Part shown: positions 52,712 through 62,115 of the stretch, piece after piece | Layout: each line of letters starts with the position of its first letter | Numbering within the stretch: position 1 is the stretch's first letter | Assembly (NCBI GenBank): GCA_963843845.1 | Contig: CAWJMB010000002.1 | Coordinates: 384,001-448,000, forward strand | Length of the DNA: 64,000 nucleotides | Source of the DNA: an uncultured Gemmatimonadaceae bacterium | GTDB taxonomy: Bacteria > Gemmatimonadota > Gemmatimonadetes > Gemmatimonadales > Gemmatimonadaceae | Reading direction: 5' to 3' | Program-made: the position numbers and the translations under genes | Notes under the pieces: generated by a model | Told to the model about the DNA's origin: nothing | What the model saw: only the letters and a program-made list of their open reading frames with translations | The model's database searches: none

Positions 52712-53677
52712 TCAGTCGATCGCGTAGAACGCCAGCTCCTGTACCGGCGCCGAGCTGCGCTTCGTGAGGCGCACCGGGAGCGCCGCCTTGCCGATGCGCC
52801 CGAGGTCCGCGAGGTACTCGCACGCCCCCGTGACCCCGCGCACGCCCAGCGTCCGTTCGAAGTGCGCTTCGATCTCGGTGCAGGCGCGCGCCTCGCCGAC
52901 GTCGCGCAGGTGCTCGAGCACGAGCCCGAACAGCGCATCCGCGCGCGCCGCCACGTACCCCTCCGCGGCGGCCAGCGCCTCCTCGACGCGCTCCGGCGTC
53001 TTCGGCGCGTTCAGCAGGTCGGTGTAGATCGTCGCGAACAGCGCCGGCTCGACGCGCGCGGCCTGCGGGATCACCTCGCGGTCCGCGAGGATGCCGCGCG
53101 AGATGAGGGCGATCTGCGCGATCGGGGTCGCCGCGTACAGCGTCCAGAGCGCCGAGTACTCGAGGTCGTCGCGCGTGACGAGCCACTTCCGCGCCTTGTA
53201 CAGCGAGGGGAGCGCGGCGATGCCGGCGCGGAGCAGCGAGAGCTGCGAGTCACGCGCCCCGACGTGCCGGACGCGCTCGAGCAGCTCGGCCAGCGTGTCG
53301 TCGTGCGTGTAGAGCAGGCGCCCCTTCGCGAGGTACGTCTGCAGGAAGGACTGCCCGCGCGCGCCGTCGGCCGCGGCGCGGAACGCGGCGCGCGAGAGGA
53401 GCATCGCGTGCGCGTTCACACCGTCCGCCCAGAGCGCGACCCCCCGCGTCGCAGCCCCGCGCTCGTCCTCGACGACGAGGACGAGGTCGATGTCCGAGCG
53501 CGCCCATACCGTGTCGTGCGACAGCGAGCCGCAGAGAATCGCGGCGAGCACCGTGCGGTCGGCGCGGAGCGCGGTGACGAGCGCGTCGAGCGCGGCGCGG
53601 AAGCGCGGCGCCACGCTCGTGCCCTCGCCCTCCGCCGCCGCGGCGCTCGGCACCGCGTCGCTCGAGCGTGTGGGCAT
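52712..53677 (-). CDS. Pol-beta-superfamily nucleotidyltransferase domain protein
   Basis: ILCGSLSHDTVWARSDIDLVLV (hGS..DxD); C-terminal helical region. Confidence 0.8.
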   Translation of the reverse strand: MPTRSSDAVPSAAAAEGEGTSVAPRFRAALDALVTALRADRTVLAAILCGSLSHDTVWARSDIDLVLVVEDERGAATRGVALWADGVNAHAMLLSRAAFRAAADGARGQSFLQTYLAKGRLLYTHDDTLAELLERVRHVGARDSQLSLLRAGIAALPSLYKARKWLVTRDDLEYSALWTLYAATPIAQIALISRGILADREVIPQAARVEPALFATIYTDLLNAPKTPERVEEALAAAEGYVAARADALFGLVLEHLRDVGEARACTEIEAHFERTLGVRGVTGACEYLADLGRIGKAALPVRLTKRSSAPVQELAFYAID

Positions 53678-53965
53678 GCGACGGAATATGTCGGCGCCTC
53701 CACACCCCGCCAGAGTGCCGCGGCCCTCCGAGTCCGACGCCGCCCTCGCCGATCTCCGCCCGACGCGGTGCGGGTCGAGCGCGTCGCTTGATCGGCGGTT
53801 CGTGGCACTTACACTTCCGGTGGCGAACATCGTCGAGCTGGGGTCTGCCGGATGTTCGTTCTCGAGGGGCTCGGACCGTCTCGCTGTCTCCCCCCGGCGT
53901 TCCGTTCCGCGAACGCTGACCTCTTCACCAATCCGCCGCCCGCTCGGGCGGCCGGAGGCGCATTC

Positions 53966-56900
53966 ATGACGATGAGTATCCCGCGGATCGTGCGGGTCAC
54001 GGCGACGGCAGTGCTGGCCGTCGCGCTCCACTCGGCCCGCCTGGCGGCGCAGGACCGTTCTGGTCTGGTGGCCGGACGCGTGATCGAAGCGGGCGGCGGA
54101 GGCCCGGTTCCGAACGCGCAGGTGTCGATCGCCGGTACCACGCTCGGCAGCCTGACGAACGTCGAGGGGCGGTTCACGATCCGCGGCGTGCCGACCGGGA
54201 ACGTGACGGTCCGCGTGGCCCGCATCGGCTACAGCGAAGCCACCCGGCCGGTCGCGATCACGGCCGGTCAGACGACCACCGTCGAGGTCGCGCTCACGAG
54301 AGTGGCCGTGAACCTCACCACGATCGTCACCACGGCGACCGGCGAACAGCGGCGCCTCGAGGTGCCGAACCAGATCGCGCAGATCGACGCCGCCAAGGCG
54401 ATCGAGAGCGCCCAGGTCAGCAACGTCGGCGACCTGCTCATCGGCAAGGCGGCCGGCGTGCAGCTGCTGCCGGGCTCGGGGGTGAACGCGGCGTCGCGGA
54501 TCCGGATCCGCGGCACGTCGTCGATCTCGCTCAGCAACGACCCGATCGTGTTCGTCGACGGCATCCGCATCAACAGCTCGACGTCGGGCTTCGGCACCGG
54601 CGGCGCGCCGGCGGGTCGCCTCAACGACATCAACCCGGAAGACATCGAGACCATCGACGTGATCCGCGGCCCGGCGGCCTCGGCGACCTACGGAACCGAT
54701 GCCGCCACGGGCGTCATCGTGATCACGACCAAACGGGGGCGCTCGGGAGCGGCCCGCTGGACGGCGTACACCGAGCAGGGGATCACGCGCGACCAGAACA
54801 ACTACCCCGACGCCTACACGGCCTGGGGACGGCTCGCCAACCAGACGAACGCGGCGAACAACGGCCGCGCCGCGGACTGCAACATCAACACGATCATCGC
54901 CCGCACCTGCGTGGTGGACTCCATCACCACGTTCAACCTCTGGGATGACCCGCGCGCCTCGCCGCTCAAGGACGGCCGTCGCGAGCAGTATGGGCTGTCG
55001 GTCTCCGGCGGCACCGACGCCGTGAACTACTTCGCCTCGGTCGAGCGCGAGGGAACGACCGGCACGCTCGGCATGCCGGAGTTCGAGCGCGATCGGTTCG
55101 CGCGCCAGGGGATCGCGCTGCGCGAGGAGTGGGTCGACCCGAACACGTTCCAGCGCTTCAGCCTGCGCTCGAACATCGATCTCAAGCCGAACCAGAAAGT
55201 GGTCGTGCCGATCCGCAGCTACTTCCTGAGCAGCCAGCAGCGCGCGCCGCAGGACGGCAACAACACGACCGGGCTCGGGTCGCACGCGTTCGGCGGGCCC
55301 GGCACCCCCTACCGCACGCTCACCGCGGGGGGTACCGACTCGCTGTACGGTTACCGGCAGTTCACGCCGGGCGACATCTTCCAGCAGGTCAGCAGGCTCG
55401 ACCTGCAGCGCTGGATCGGCTCCGTGAGCCCGACCTGGTCGCCGACGTCGTGGCTGCAAGCGCGCGGCAACGCGGGACTCGACTTCGCGTCCGAGTCGTA
55501 CGACAACACCTGTCTGCGCGACGAGTGCCCGAACTTCGGGCAGAACCGGCTCGGCTTCAAGAACACCCAGCGGTCGCGCCAGTTTCAGTGGACGGCCGAC
55601 TGGTCCGCCACGGCGAGCTTCCGCCCCATCTCGTGGCTGTCGACGCGCACCACGGGCGGCTTCCAGTTCGTGCACCGGCAGGACGACGCCTACAGCGCGA
55701 ACGCCGCGCAGCTCCCGCCGGGCGGCATCACGCTGAGCCAGGGCTCCGTGCCCTCGGTGAGCGAGGGGACCACCGTCTCCAAGACGGCGGGCATCTTCGT
55801 CGAGCAGAACCTGCAGCTCTGGGAGCGCCTCGACGTCGTCGCCTCGGTGCGCGGCGACAACAACTCGGCGTTCGGCCGCAACTTCGGCACGGCGTACTAC
55901 CCGCGCGCCGGCCTGTCGTACCGGATCTCGGAAGAGTCGTGGTTCCCGTTCCAGGATCAGATCAACCAGCTGCGCCTGCGCAGCTCCTGGGGACAGTCGG
56001 GCATCCGCCCCGGCACGACGAGCGCCCTGCAGTTCTTCGCCTCGAATGTCTACCGTGACAACTCGGCCGACGTGCCGGGGCTCATCTACCAGACGCTCGG
56101 CAACGCGAACCTGAAGCCGGAGACGGTCACCGAGGCAGAGGGCGGGTTCGACCTCGGGCTCTTCAACGACCGCGTCACCACGTCGCTCACGTACTACAAC
56201 AAGCGGTCGAGCGACGCGATCGTGAACCAGACGCTCGCCCCGTCCATCGGCACCGGAACGACGACGCGCGCGGTCAACATCGGCGCCATCCGCAACAGCG
56301 GGTGGGAGTACCTCGTCACCGCCCGCCCCGTGCAGTTCCGTCGCTTCAGCTGGGACGTCACCGTCAACGGGTCGTACAACTCGAACGAGGTGCTCGACCT
56401 CGGCGGACAGCCCGCCGGCACCGGAACCACCCGCAACGCGGTCGGGTATCCGATCAACTCGATCTGGGATCGCCCGTACACGTACGCCGACGCCAACGGC
56501 GACGGCATGATCGCGCTCAGCGAGGTCAAGGTCGACTCGACGCCGCGCTACCTGGGCTACAGCACGCCGCGCTCCGAGATCTCCGTCCAGAACGGCTTCG
56601 ACGTGCTCCGGGACGGTCAGCTGCGATTCACCTTCCTCGTCGACGGCAAGCTGGGCGGTCTCATCAACAACACGACCGAGCGCTTCCGCTGCGCCACGCG
56701 ATTGAACGCGCGGGAGCGGGTCGACCCGTCGGCGCCGCTGGACCGTCAGGCGCGCTGCGCGGCGTTCCAGCAGGCCGGCGTGCTGTCGACGAACTTCGGG
56801 TTTTTCGAGCCGACCGATTACTGGCGCCTGCGCGAGCTCGCCGTGACGTATCGCGTTCCGGCTGGGCTCGCGAGCCGGCTGCCCGTGGTCAAGAACGGCA

Positions 56901-57052
56901 CGGTCACGCTGTCGGGGCGCAACCTGAAGCTGTGGAGCGACTACACCGGCGTGGACCCGGAGACCTCCGGCCCCGTCGGCAACACGCAGGACGAATTCCA
57001 GATCACGCCGCCGCTCCAGACGTGGACGCTGCGCTTCAACTTCGGCTTCTGA
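53966..57052 (+). CDS. SusC/RagA TonB-dependent transporter
   Basis: IRIRGTSS, DPIVFVDG, NDINPEDIETIDVIRGPAASATYG, GVIVITTKRG, LKPETV, YTGVDPE, terminal F. Confidence 0.95.
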   Translation: MTMSIPRIVRVTATAVLAVALHSARLAAQDRSGLVAGRVIEAGGGGPVPNAQVSIAGTTLGSLTNVEGRFTIRGVPTGNVTVRVARIGYSEATRPVAITAGQTTTVEVALTRVAVNLTTIVTTATGEQRRLEVPNQIAQIDAAKAIESAQVSNVGDLLIGKAAGVQLLPGSGVNAASRIRIRGTSSISLSNDPIVFVDGIRINSSTSGFGTGGAPAGRLNDINPEDIETIDVIRGPAASATYGTDAATGVIVITTKRGRSGAARWTAYTEQGITRDQNNYPDAYTAWGRLANQTNAANNGRAADCNINTIIARTCVVDSITTFNLWDDPRASPLKDGRREQYGLSVSGGTDAVNYFASVEREGTTGTLGMPEFERDRFARQGIALREEWVDPNTFQRFSLRSNIDLKPNQKVVVPIRSYFLSSQQRAPQDGNNTTGLGSHAFGGPGTPYRTLTAGGTDSLYGYRQFTPGDIFQQVSRLDLQRWIGSVSPTWSPTSWLQARGNAGLDFASESYDNTCLRDECPNFGQNRLGFKNTQRSRQFQWTADWSATASFRPISWLSTRTTGGFQFVHRQDDAYSANAAQLPPGGITLSQGSVPSVSEGTTVSKTAGIFVEQNLQLWERLDVVASVRGDNNSAFGRNFGTAYYPRAGLSYRISEESWFPFQDQINQLRLRSSWGQSGIRPGTTSALQFFASNVYRDNSADVPGLIYQTLGNANLKPETVTEAEGGFDLGLFNDRVTTSLTYYNKRSSDAIVNQTLAPSIGTGTTTRAVNIGAIRNSGWEYLVTARPVQFRRFSWDVTVNGSYNSNEVLDLGGQPAGTGTTRNAVGYPINSIWDRPYTYADANGDGMIALSEVKVDSTPRYLGYSTPRSEISVQNGFDVLRDGQLRFTFLVDGKLGGLINNTTERFRCATRLNARERVDPSAPLDRQARCAAFQQAGVLSTNFGFFEPTDYWRLRELAVTYRVPAGLASRLPVVKNGTVTLSGRNLKLWSDYTGVDPETSGPVGNTQDEFQITPPLQTWTLRFNFGF

Positions 57053-57060
57053 GGCACCCC

Positions 57061-58473
57061 ATGCACAAGTGGATTGCCGGCGGGGCGCGCGTCGCGGCAC
57101 TGGCCTGCGGCGCTGCCCTCTCGTCCGGCTGCGATATGGACACGATCGTCCGGGCGACCGATCCGGACATCATCGGCGTGGAGCTCATCAACAGCCCCAC
57201 GGCCGCGAACGCGCTGCGCGTCGGCACGCTCGGCCGGTTCAACGCCAACACGACCGGCGGCGAGACGATGTTCCTGTACGGCGGGCTGTTCGGCGACGAG
57301 TTCACTACGGGCGACACCTTCACGCAGCGGGTCGAGACCGACCAGCGGGCGCTGACCCCGCAGAACGCGAACATCACGACCGCCTACCGCGGCCTGCACC
57401 TGCCGCGCATCGGCGCCATCCAGACGCGCGACGCGCTCACCGAGTACGCGCCGGCGGCCCCGGCGTGGAACTACAGCGAGATGTTCTTCGTCGAGGCGTA
57501 CATGATCAATCTGCTGGCCGAGCATTTCTGCAACGGCCAGCCGATCAGCTACATCAAGGACGGCGTGGAGACGTACGGCGATCCGCAGCCGAACTCGGCG
57601 CACTTCACGCTGGCCCTGGCGAAGGTCGACTCCGGGCTGACGCGCCTGGGAAGCGCCACGGGAACCAACGAGACGCGGGTGCGCAACTCCCTGAACGTGC
57701 TGCGCGCGCGCATCCTGATCAACCAGGGGAACTTCGGCGCGGTGGCGGCCACGGTCGCGAGCGTGCCGACCACCTTCACGTGGAACCAGGAGCACTCGCT
57801 CACGTCGCGTACGCCGGGCGTGTGGTCGTTCGTCAACAACCAGCGGCGCTACATCGTCTCGAACAACGAGGGGCCGCTGCAGATGAACTTCGGCACGGCC
57901 AACGATCCCCGCGTGCCGACGTGCAGCGTGGGACAGCCGGCCTGTGCGGCGCTCGGGCTCACCACGGCGCGCCCGTTCGACAGCGGCAACAGCGCCGTGC
58001 CGAACATGCTGTATCAGCTCATCTGGACCACCGACGCCTCGCCGGTGTCGCTCATCAACGGCCTGCAGGCGCGTCTCTACGAGGCGGAGGCGCTCAACCG
58101 CACCGGCAACTTCGCCGGGGCGCTCGCGATCCTCAACAGCCTGCGCGCCACGCCGCAGGGGTACACGCGGACGATCGCCGCGCTGCCGCCGCTCAGCGAC
58201 CCGGGCACCGACGCCGGGCGCCGCGACCTGATCTTCCGCGAGAAGGGCTTCTGGCTCTTCGGCACCGGCCACCGCTACCCGGACATGCGCCGCATGATGC
58301 GGCAGTACAACATGACCGCGAACCAGGTGTTCCCGAACGGCAACACGTGGCAGATCAACCGCGCGCCGGGCTACGGCAACGACGTCGTGTTCCGCACCCC
58401 CACGGCGGAGACGTTCAACCCGAACGTGCCGCAGAACAACGGCGAGGCGCAGTGCATCGACCTGAATCCGTGA
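57061..58473 (+). CDS. SusD/RagB lipoprotein
   Basis: Lipobox SSGC; ARLYEAEA, LAILNSLR, FREKGFWLFGTGHRYPDMRR. Confidence 0.92.
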   Translation: MHKWIAGGARVAALACGAALSSGCDMDTIVRATDPDIIGVELINSPTAANALRVGTLGRFNANTTGGETMFLYGGLFGDEFTTGDTFTQRVETDQRALTPQNANITTAYRGLHLPRIGAIQTRDALTEYAPAAPAWNYSEMFFVEAYMINLLAEHFCNGQPISYIKDGVETYGDPQPNSAHFTLALAKVDSGLTRLGSATGTNETRVRNSLNVLRARILINQGNFGAVAATVASVPTTFTWNQEHSLTSRTPGVWSFVNNQRRYIVSNNEGPLQMNFGTANDPRVPTCSVGQPACAALGLTTARPFDSGNSAVPNMLYQLIWTTDASPVSLINGLQARLYEAEALNRTGNFAGALAILNSLRATPQGYTRTIAALPPLSDPGTDAGRRDLIFREKGFWLFGTGHRYPDMRRMMRQYNMTANQVFPNGNTWQINRAPGYGNDVVFRTPTAETFNPNVPQNNGEAQCIDLNP

Positions 58474-58494
58474 GGACCAGGGTCGAATGAAAGA

Positions 58495-58530
58495 CAGCGG
58501 GGGCGGCGCCATTCGGCGCCGCCCCCGCTG
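58495..58530. terminator. Terminator hairpin between convergent operons
   Basis: CAGCGGGGGCGGCGCC-attc-GGCGCCGCCCCCGCTG. Confidence 0.75.
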
Positions 58531-58581
58531 CGTTCCGGCGACGCGCCGCGCGCGCCGCCATCCCTCGCCGTCGGATCGCCG

Positions 58582-59061
58582 TCAGCGCGTCCGCGTCACG
58601 AGGATGATCGCCCCCGCGCCAGACGCCCCGGTCCCGAACCGCTGCGTGGCGTCCCCCGGCGAGACGAGCTCGATCCGCTCGATCTCGTTGACGCGGATGC
58701 GGCGGAGGATCTCGAAATCGCTGAGCTGCGTCCCGTCGACGACGAGCAGGGGGCGGTCCGAGTTCGGGTTGGTCACGCTCGCCTGCCCGCGGCGCTGCCG
58801 GACCGATACCTGGCCGCGGCCGTTCTCGGCGAGGCGATACCCGCCGAGCCGCTCGATCGCGCCGTAGGCGTCGAGCACGTTGAGCGCGGCGAGCTGCTCG
58901 CGCGTGATGACGCGGCTCCCGGTCGCCGTCGGCACGGCCGCCGAGTTGCTGCGCGAGGCGGCGGTGCTCGGCGCGCAGGCGAGCATGAGCGTCAGGGCGG
59001 CGGGCACGGCGACGCGGAGCGACGCGACCCCATCGAGCGCGCGGAGGTGGTGGCGGGGCAT
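58582..59061 (-). CDS. Stand-alone TonB-receptor plug-domain lipoprotein
   Basis: LMLAC lipobox; VITREQL, PLLVVDG, EIERIELV..ATQRFG..GAIILVTR; no barrel. Confidence 0.8.
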   Translation of the reverse strand: MPRHHLRALDGVASLRVAVPAALTLMLACAPSTAASRSNSAAVPTATGSRVITREQLAALNVLDAYGAIERLGGYRLAENGRGQVSVRQRRGQASVTNPNSDRPLLVVDGTQLSDFEILRRIRVNEIERIELVSPGDATQRFGTGASGAGAIILVTRTR

Positions 59062-59167
59062 GGCACGTGGACTGGAGCGTGTCCCGGCGGGCGATCGTAC
59101 TGCCCTCTGCGCCGAGTCCTGCAACGTATCGGTGCCACAATGTACGTGCGGCGGTGAGCCGCGCGCG

Positions 59168-59704
59168 TCAGCGACGGTCGTAGACGACGACGGTCGTGAG
59201 CGGCGCGCGCGACACCGGGTCGACGGTGACGACGACGAGCGACCGGCCGTCGTTCGAGCGATACGCGCGGTACCCGAACACCGCCGCGCCGCGCGCCGAG
59301 AACGTCGCGTCGACGATGCCGTCGCCGACCGTGTCCATGCGCACCGCGTCGACCCCCGGCACCCCCGCGACCGGCGCCGTCTCACGACCGGGCGCGAGGG
59401 TGAACGTGCCGACCACGTGGCCCCCGTTCGCCCGCTCGCCGTCGATCGTACAGGCGAGTCGGTCGCGACTCGGCGCGCAGACGAACCGCTCGCGACGGCG
59501 GCGGTCGACGCCGGGACCGTAGTGCGTGCGCGCGAGGTTCAGGCGCCAGTCGCCGGCGAGAACGGCCGCGACGCGCGCCACGGCCGACGCCGAGTTCGCC
59601 GCCTGCGCCGCCTGCGCCGCGTGCGGCGCCTGCGCGTGTGCCGCCGCGGTGCCGCACGTCGCGAGCAGCGCGAGGCGCGGCAGCAGCGTCGACAGGCGCG
59701 TCAT
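59168..59704 (-). CDS. Hypothetical secreted protein
   Basis: Signal peptide; GDWRLNLART, SNDGRSLVV, VVYDRR. Confidence 0.75.
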   Translation of the reverse strand: MTRLSTLLPRLALLATCGTAAAHAQAPHAAQAAQAANSASAVARVAAVLAGDWRLNLARTHYGPGVDRRRRERFVCAPSRDRLACTIDGERANGGHVVGTFTLAPGRETAPVAGVPGVDAVRMDTVGDGIVDATFSARGAAVFGYRAYRSNDGRSLVVVTVDPVSRAPLTTVVVYDRR

Positions 59705-59862
59705 GTCTCGTAGTGGTGCGCGATGCGGCGCCCCACGTACACGCCGACCGCCGTCCCGACGACGCTGACGACGAACGCCGCGAACGTCCCGCCGAGCGCG
59801 CCGAGCGCCCAGCCGCCGTAGCCGCCCAACGTCGCGCCGAGGAACGCGAGCAGCTTGCTCAC
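59701..59862 (-). CDS. Small Gly-rich membrane protein (53 aa), not in ORF track
   Basis: MSKLLAFLGATLGGYGGWALGALGGTFAAFVVSVVGTAVGVYVGRRIAHHYET; stop overlaps next ATG (ATGA). Confidence 0.7.
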   Translation of the reverse strand: MSKLLAFLGATLGGYGGWALGALGGTFAAFVVSVVGTAVGVYVGRRIAHHYET

Positions 59863-59878
59863 GGCGCGCCGACCACGT

Positions 59879-60649
59879 TCAACGGTCCGTCAACACGAAC
59901 GCCCGCGCCGGCCCCCCGCCGACGCTGTTGTCCGCGACGACGATCGTGCGCCCCGTGCCGCCGGCGAGCGCGACGCCGCTCAGCGTCACGCTCACCGCCC
60001 CTCCGCGCGCGGCCGCCGGCGTGCCCGCCGGCACGAGTCGGAGTTGGTAGGTCCCCGGCGCGACGCTGAGGTACGCCGAGGCGCTGCCGTTCGGCACCGT
60101 CGCCGAGGGCGTCGCGGTCGCGAGGTCCGCACCGGCCACGGTGAGGAACGCGTCGACCGAGCCCGCGGCGGGGCTCAGGTTCACGATCCGCACGCGCGTC
60201 ACGTTCGCCGCTGCCGCCGAGTTGTCGTCGGTCGTGAGGAACGAGCCGACGGCGCTGCCGGCGGCGCCGCCGGTCGCGTACACCGTGCGATCCTGCGCAT
60301 CGCCGATCGTGAACGCGATCGTCGCGACGACGGTGTTCGTGTCGGCGGTGCGCTTGAGGACGAGCGTGCGGTTGCCGGTGAGGATCGACGCGTACGGCGC
60401 GGTCGACGGCGCGGCGAGCGAGGCCGGCGTCGTGCTGGTGTACGCGAGGTTGACGCCGAACGGCACGCCCTCGAGGATCGCGTTCACGGGCACACGCGTC
60501 GCGTCCGTGATGAGGTTCACGAAGCGCACGCGCCCCACGGGCCCGGACGGCGAGAGCGGACCCGGCGCGTCCTCCGTGCCGCACGCGGCGGCGATGCACA
60601 GAGCGGCGAGCGCCACGCAGCGAGCGCGCACCGATGATGAGAGAGTCAT
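59879..60649 (-). CDS. DUF4397-like lipoprotein
   Basis: AAACG lipobox; duplicated VRFVNL / VRIVNLSPAAGSVD domains. Confidence 0.85.
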   Translation of the reverse strand: MTLSSSVRARCVALAALCIAAACGTEDAPGPLSPSGPVGRVRFVNLITDATRVPVNAILEGVPFGVNLAYTSTTPASLAAPSTAPYASILTGNRTLVLKRTADTNTVVATIAFTIGDAQDRTVYATGGAAGSAVGSFLTTDDNSAAAANVTRVRIVNLSPAAGSVDAFLTVAGADLATATPSATVPNGSASAYLSVAPGTYQLRLVPAGTPAAARGGAVSVTLSGVALAGGTGRTIVVADNSVGGGPARAFVLTDR

Positions 60650-60714
60650 GGCAGGAGAGTGCTGAGGAAGGTCAAGAGAATGCGCTGCCCATCGTCCGAT
60701 GATCCCCCTGCGCT

Positions 60715-62103
60715 TCACGTCGTCGGACACCCGGCCGGAAACGTCGCCGGCTCGGTGGGATCGGGGAGCACCGCGGTCGTCGCGTTCGGGTTCGCGTTGC
60801 GGTCGCCGAACGCGTACGGCAGCCAGCACCGCTGCGCGTCGGTCGGCACGGCGGGCGCCGCGACGGGGCCGCGGACCGTGCCGCGCCGGCGCGCGTCCTC
60901 CCAGCGCAGCCCCGTGCCGAACAGCTCGTAGCGCCGCTGCATGTAGATCTCGGTCGCGCAGCTGGGCCTGCGTGAGCTGGGTGCCCAAGCGCCGGCAGAC
61001 ACGCCTTCGGGTCGTCGAGCCCGCGCCCGCCGGTGCAGTCGGTGCGCACCGAGTCGAGCACCGCCTGCGCCGCCGCGAGCTGGTTGCCGTTCGCGAGGGC
61101 CTCGGCCTTGATGAGCAGCGCCTCGTCGGGGAAGTAGACGGGGAGCGGCGCCTGCGGATTCGCGTAGCGGTTGAACGGGTCGAGCGCGGCGCCGATGCGC
61201 CCCGTCAGCGTCGTCGACGGCGTCACGAAGTAGGCGAACCGCTGGTCCTGCGGCAGCATCGAGAGGCGGTACTGCCGGCGCGGCGCGATTCCCTGCGTGC
61301 CGCCGGTGACGTTCGCGTACGGGTTCACCGCCGGCGCCGGGAACGTCAGCACCGAGAGCGCCGCCGTCCCGGTGCGCGCCACGAGGTTCGACGCGGCGAG
61401 CGCCGTCGCGTCGTCGTTCGCGATGCGCGCGTAGCGCGCGCGGAACAGCTGGATGACGTTCGGCAGATTGACGCCGGGCGTCAGGATGTTGTCGTTGAAG
61501 AACGTGCTCGGCGGGGTCGTCGCGAGCTCCGCCGCCGCCGAGTCGAGCAGCGCACGGACGTACGGCAGCGACTGCGAGCGCGGCACGTACACGGGCGCCG
61601 TGACGCCGTACGTCGCGATCGGGATGCGCTGGTAGGACTGGAGCGCCTCGCCCAACGCTTCCGCCTTGAGCGCGTAGGCGAGCGCACGCAGCCCACTCCG
61701 CGTGCCCGGTCGATCTGCGACGAGAGCGCGTTGGCGCCCGTGAGCAGGTCGTCGGCCGTGCGCACGGTGCGGTAGACCGAGTTGAAGACGTTGTCGGCGA
61801 TCGCCGTGCCCGGCGCGACGGCGCCCTGCTCGGCGTCGCTGATCGAGATGAGGGCGGCGCTCGTCGCCGCGAACTCGTCGGTCACGAGACCGGCCATGTA
61901 GCCGAAGTTGCCGTACGACACGGCGAAGCGGCCCTGCAACCCCGTCGCGAGCGCGATCACGCCGTCGGGGCTCGTCGTGACCTGTGCTTCGGTCGGCGAG
62001 TTCGGGTTCTGCAGGTCGAGCGATGCAGGCGCTCAACGCGATCGTGCCGAACGCGATGGCGCGCGTACGCGAGTGCGGCGCGGGGCAGTGGGGTGGTCCG
62101 CAT
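60715..62103 (-). CDS. SusD/RagB lipoprotein; frameshifted
   Basis: LQNPNSP, DEALLIKAEA, QRRYELFGTGLRWEDARR. Confidence 0.85.
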
Positions 62104-62115
62104 GGTCGTCACCGC

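Noticed and set aside
52712..57100. 1462-aa minus-strand ORF
   Set aside because: Only the last ~321 aa (nucleotidyltransferase) look real; the rest is the stop-free antisense shadow of SusC in high-GC DNA.
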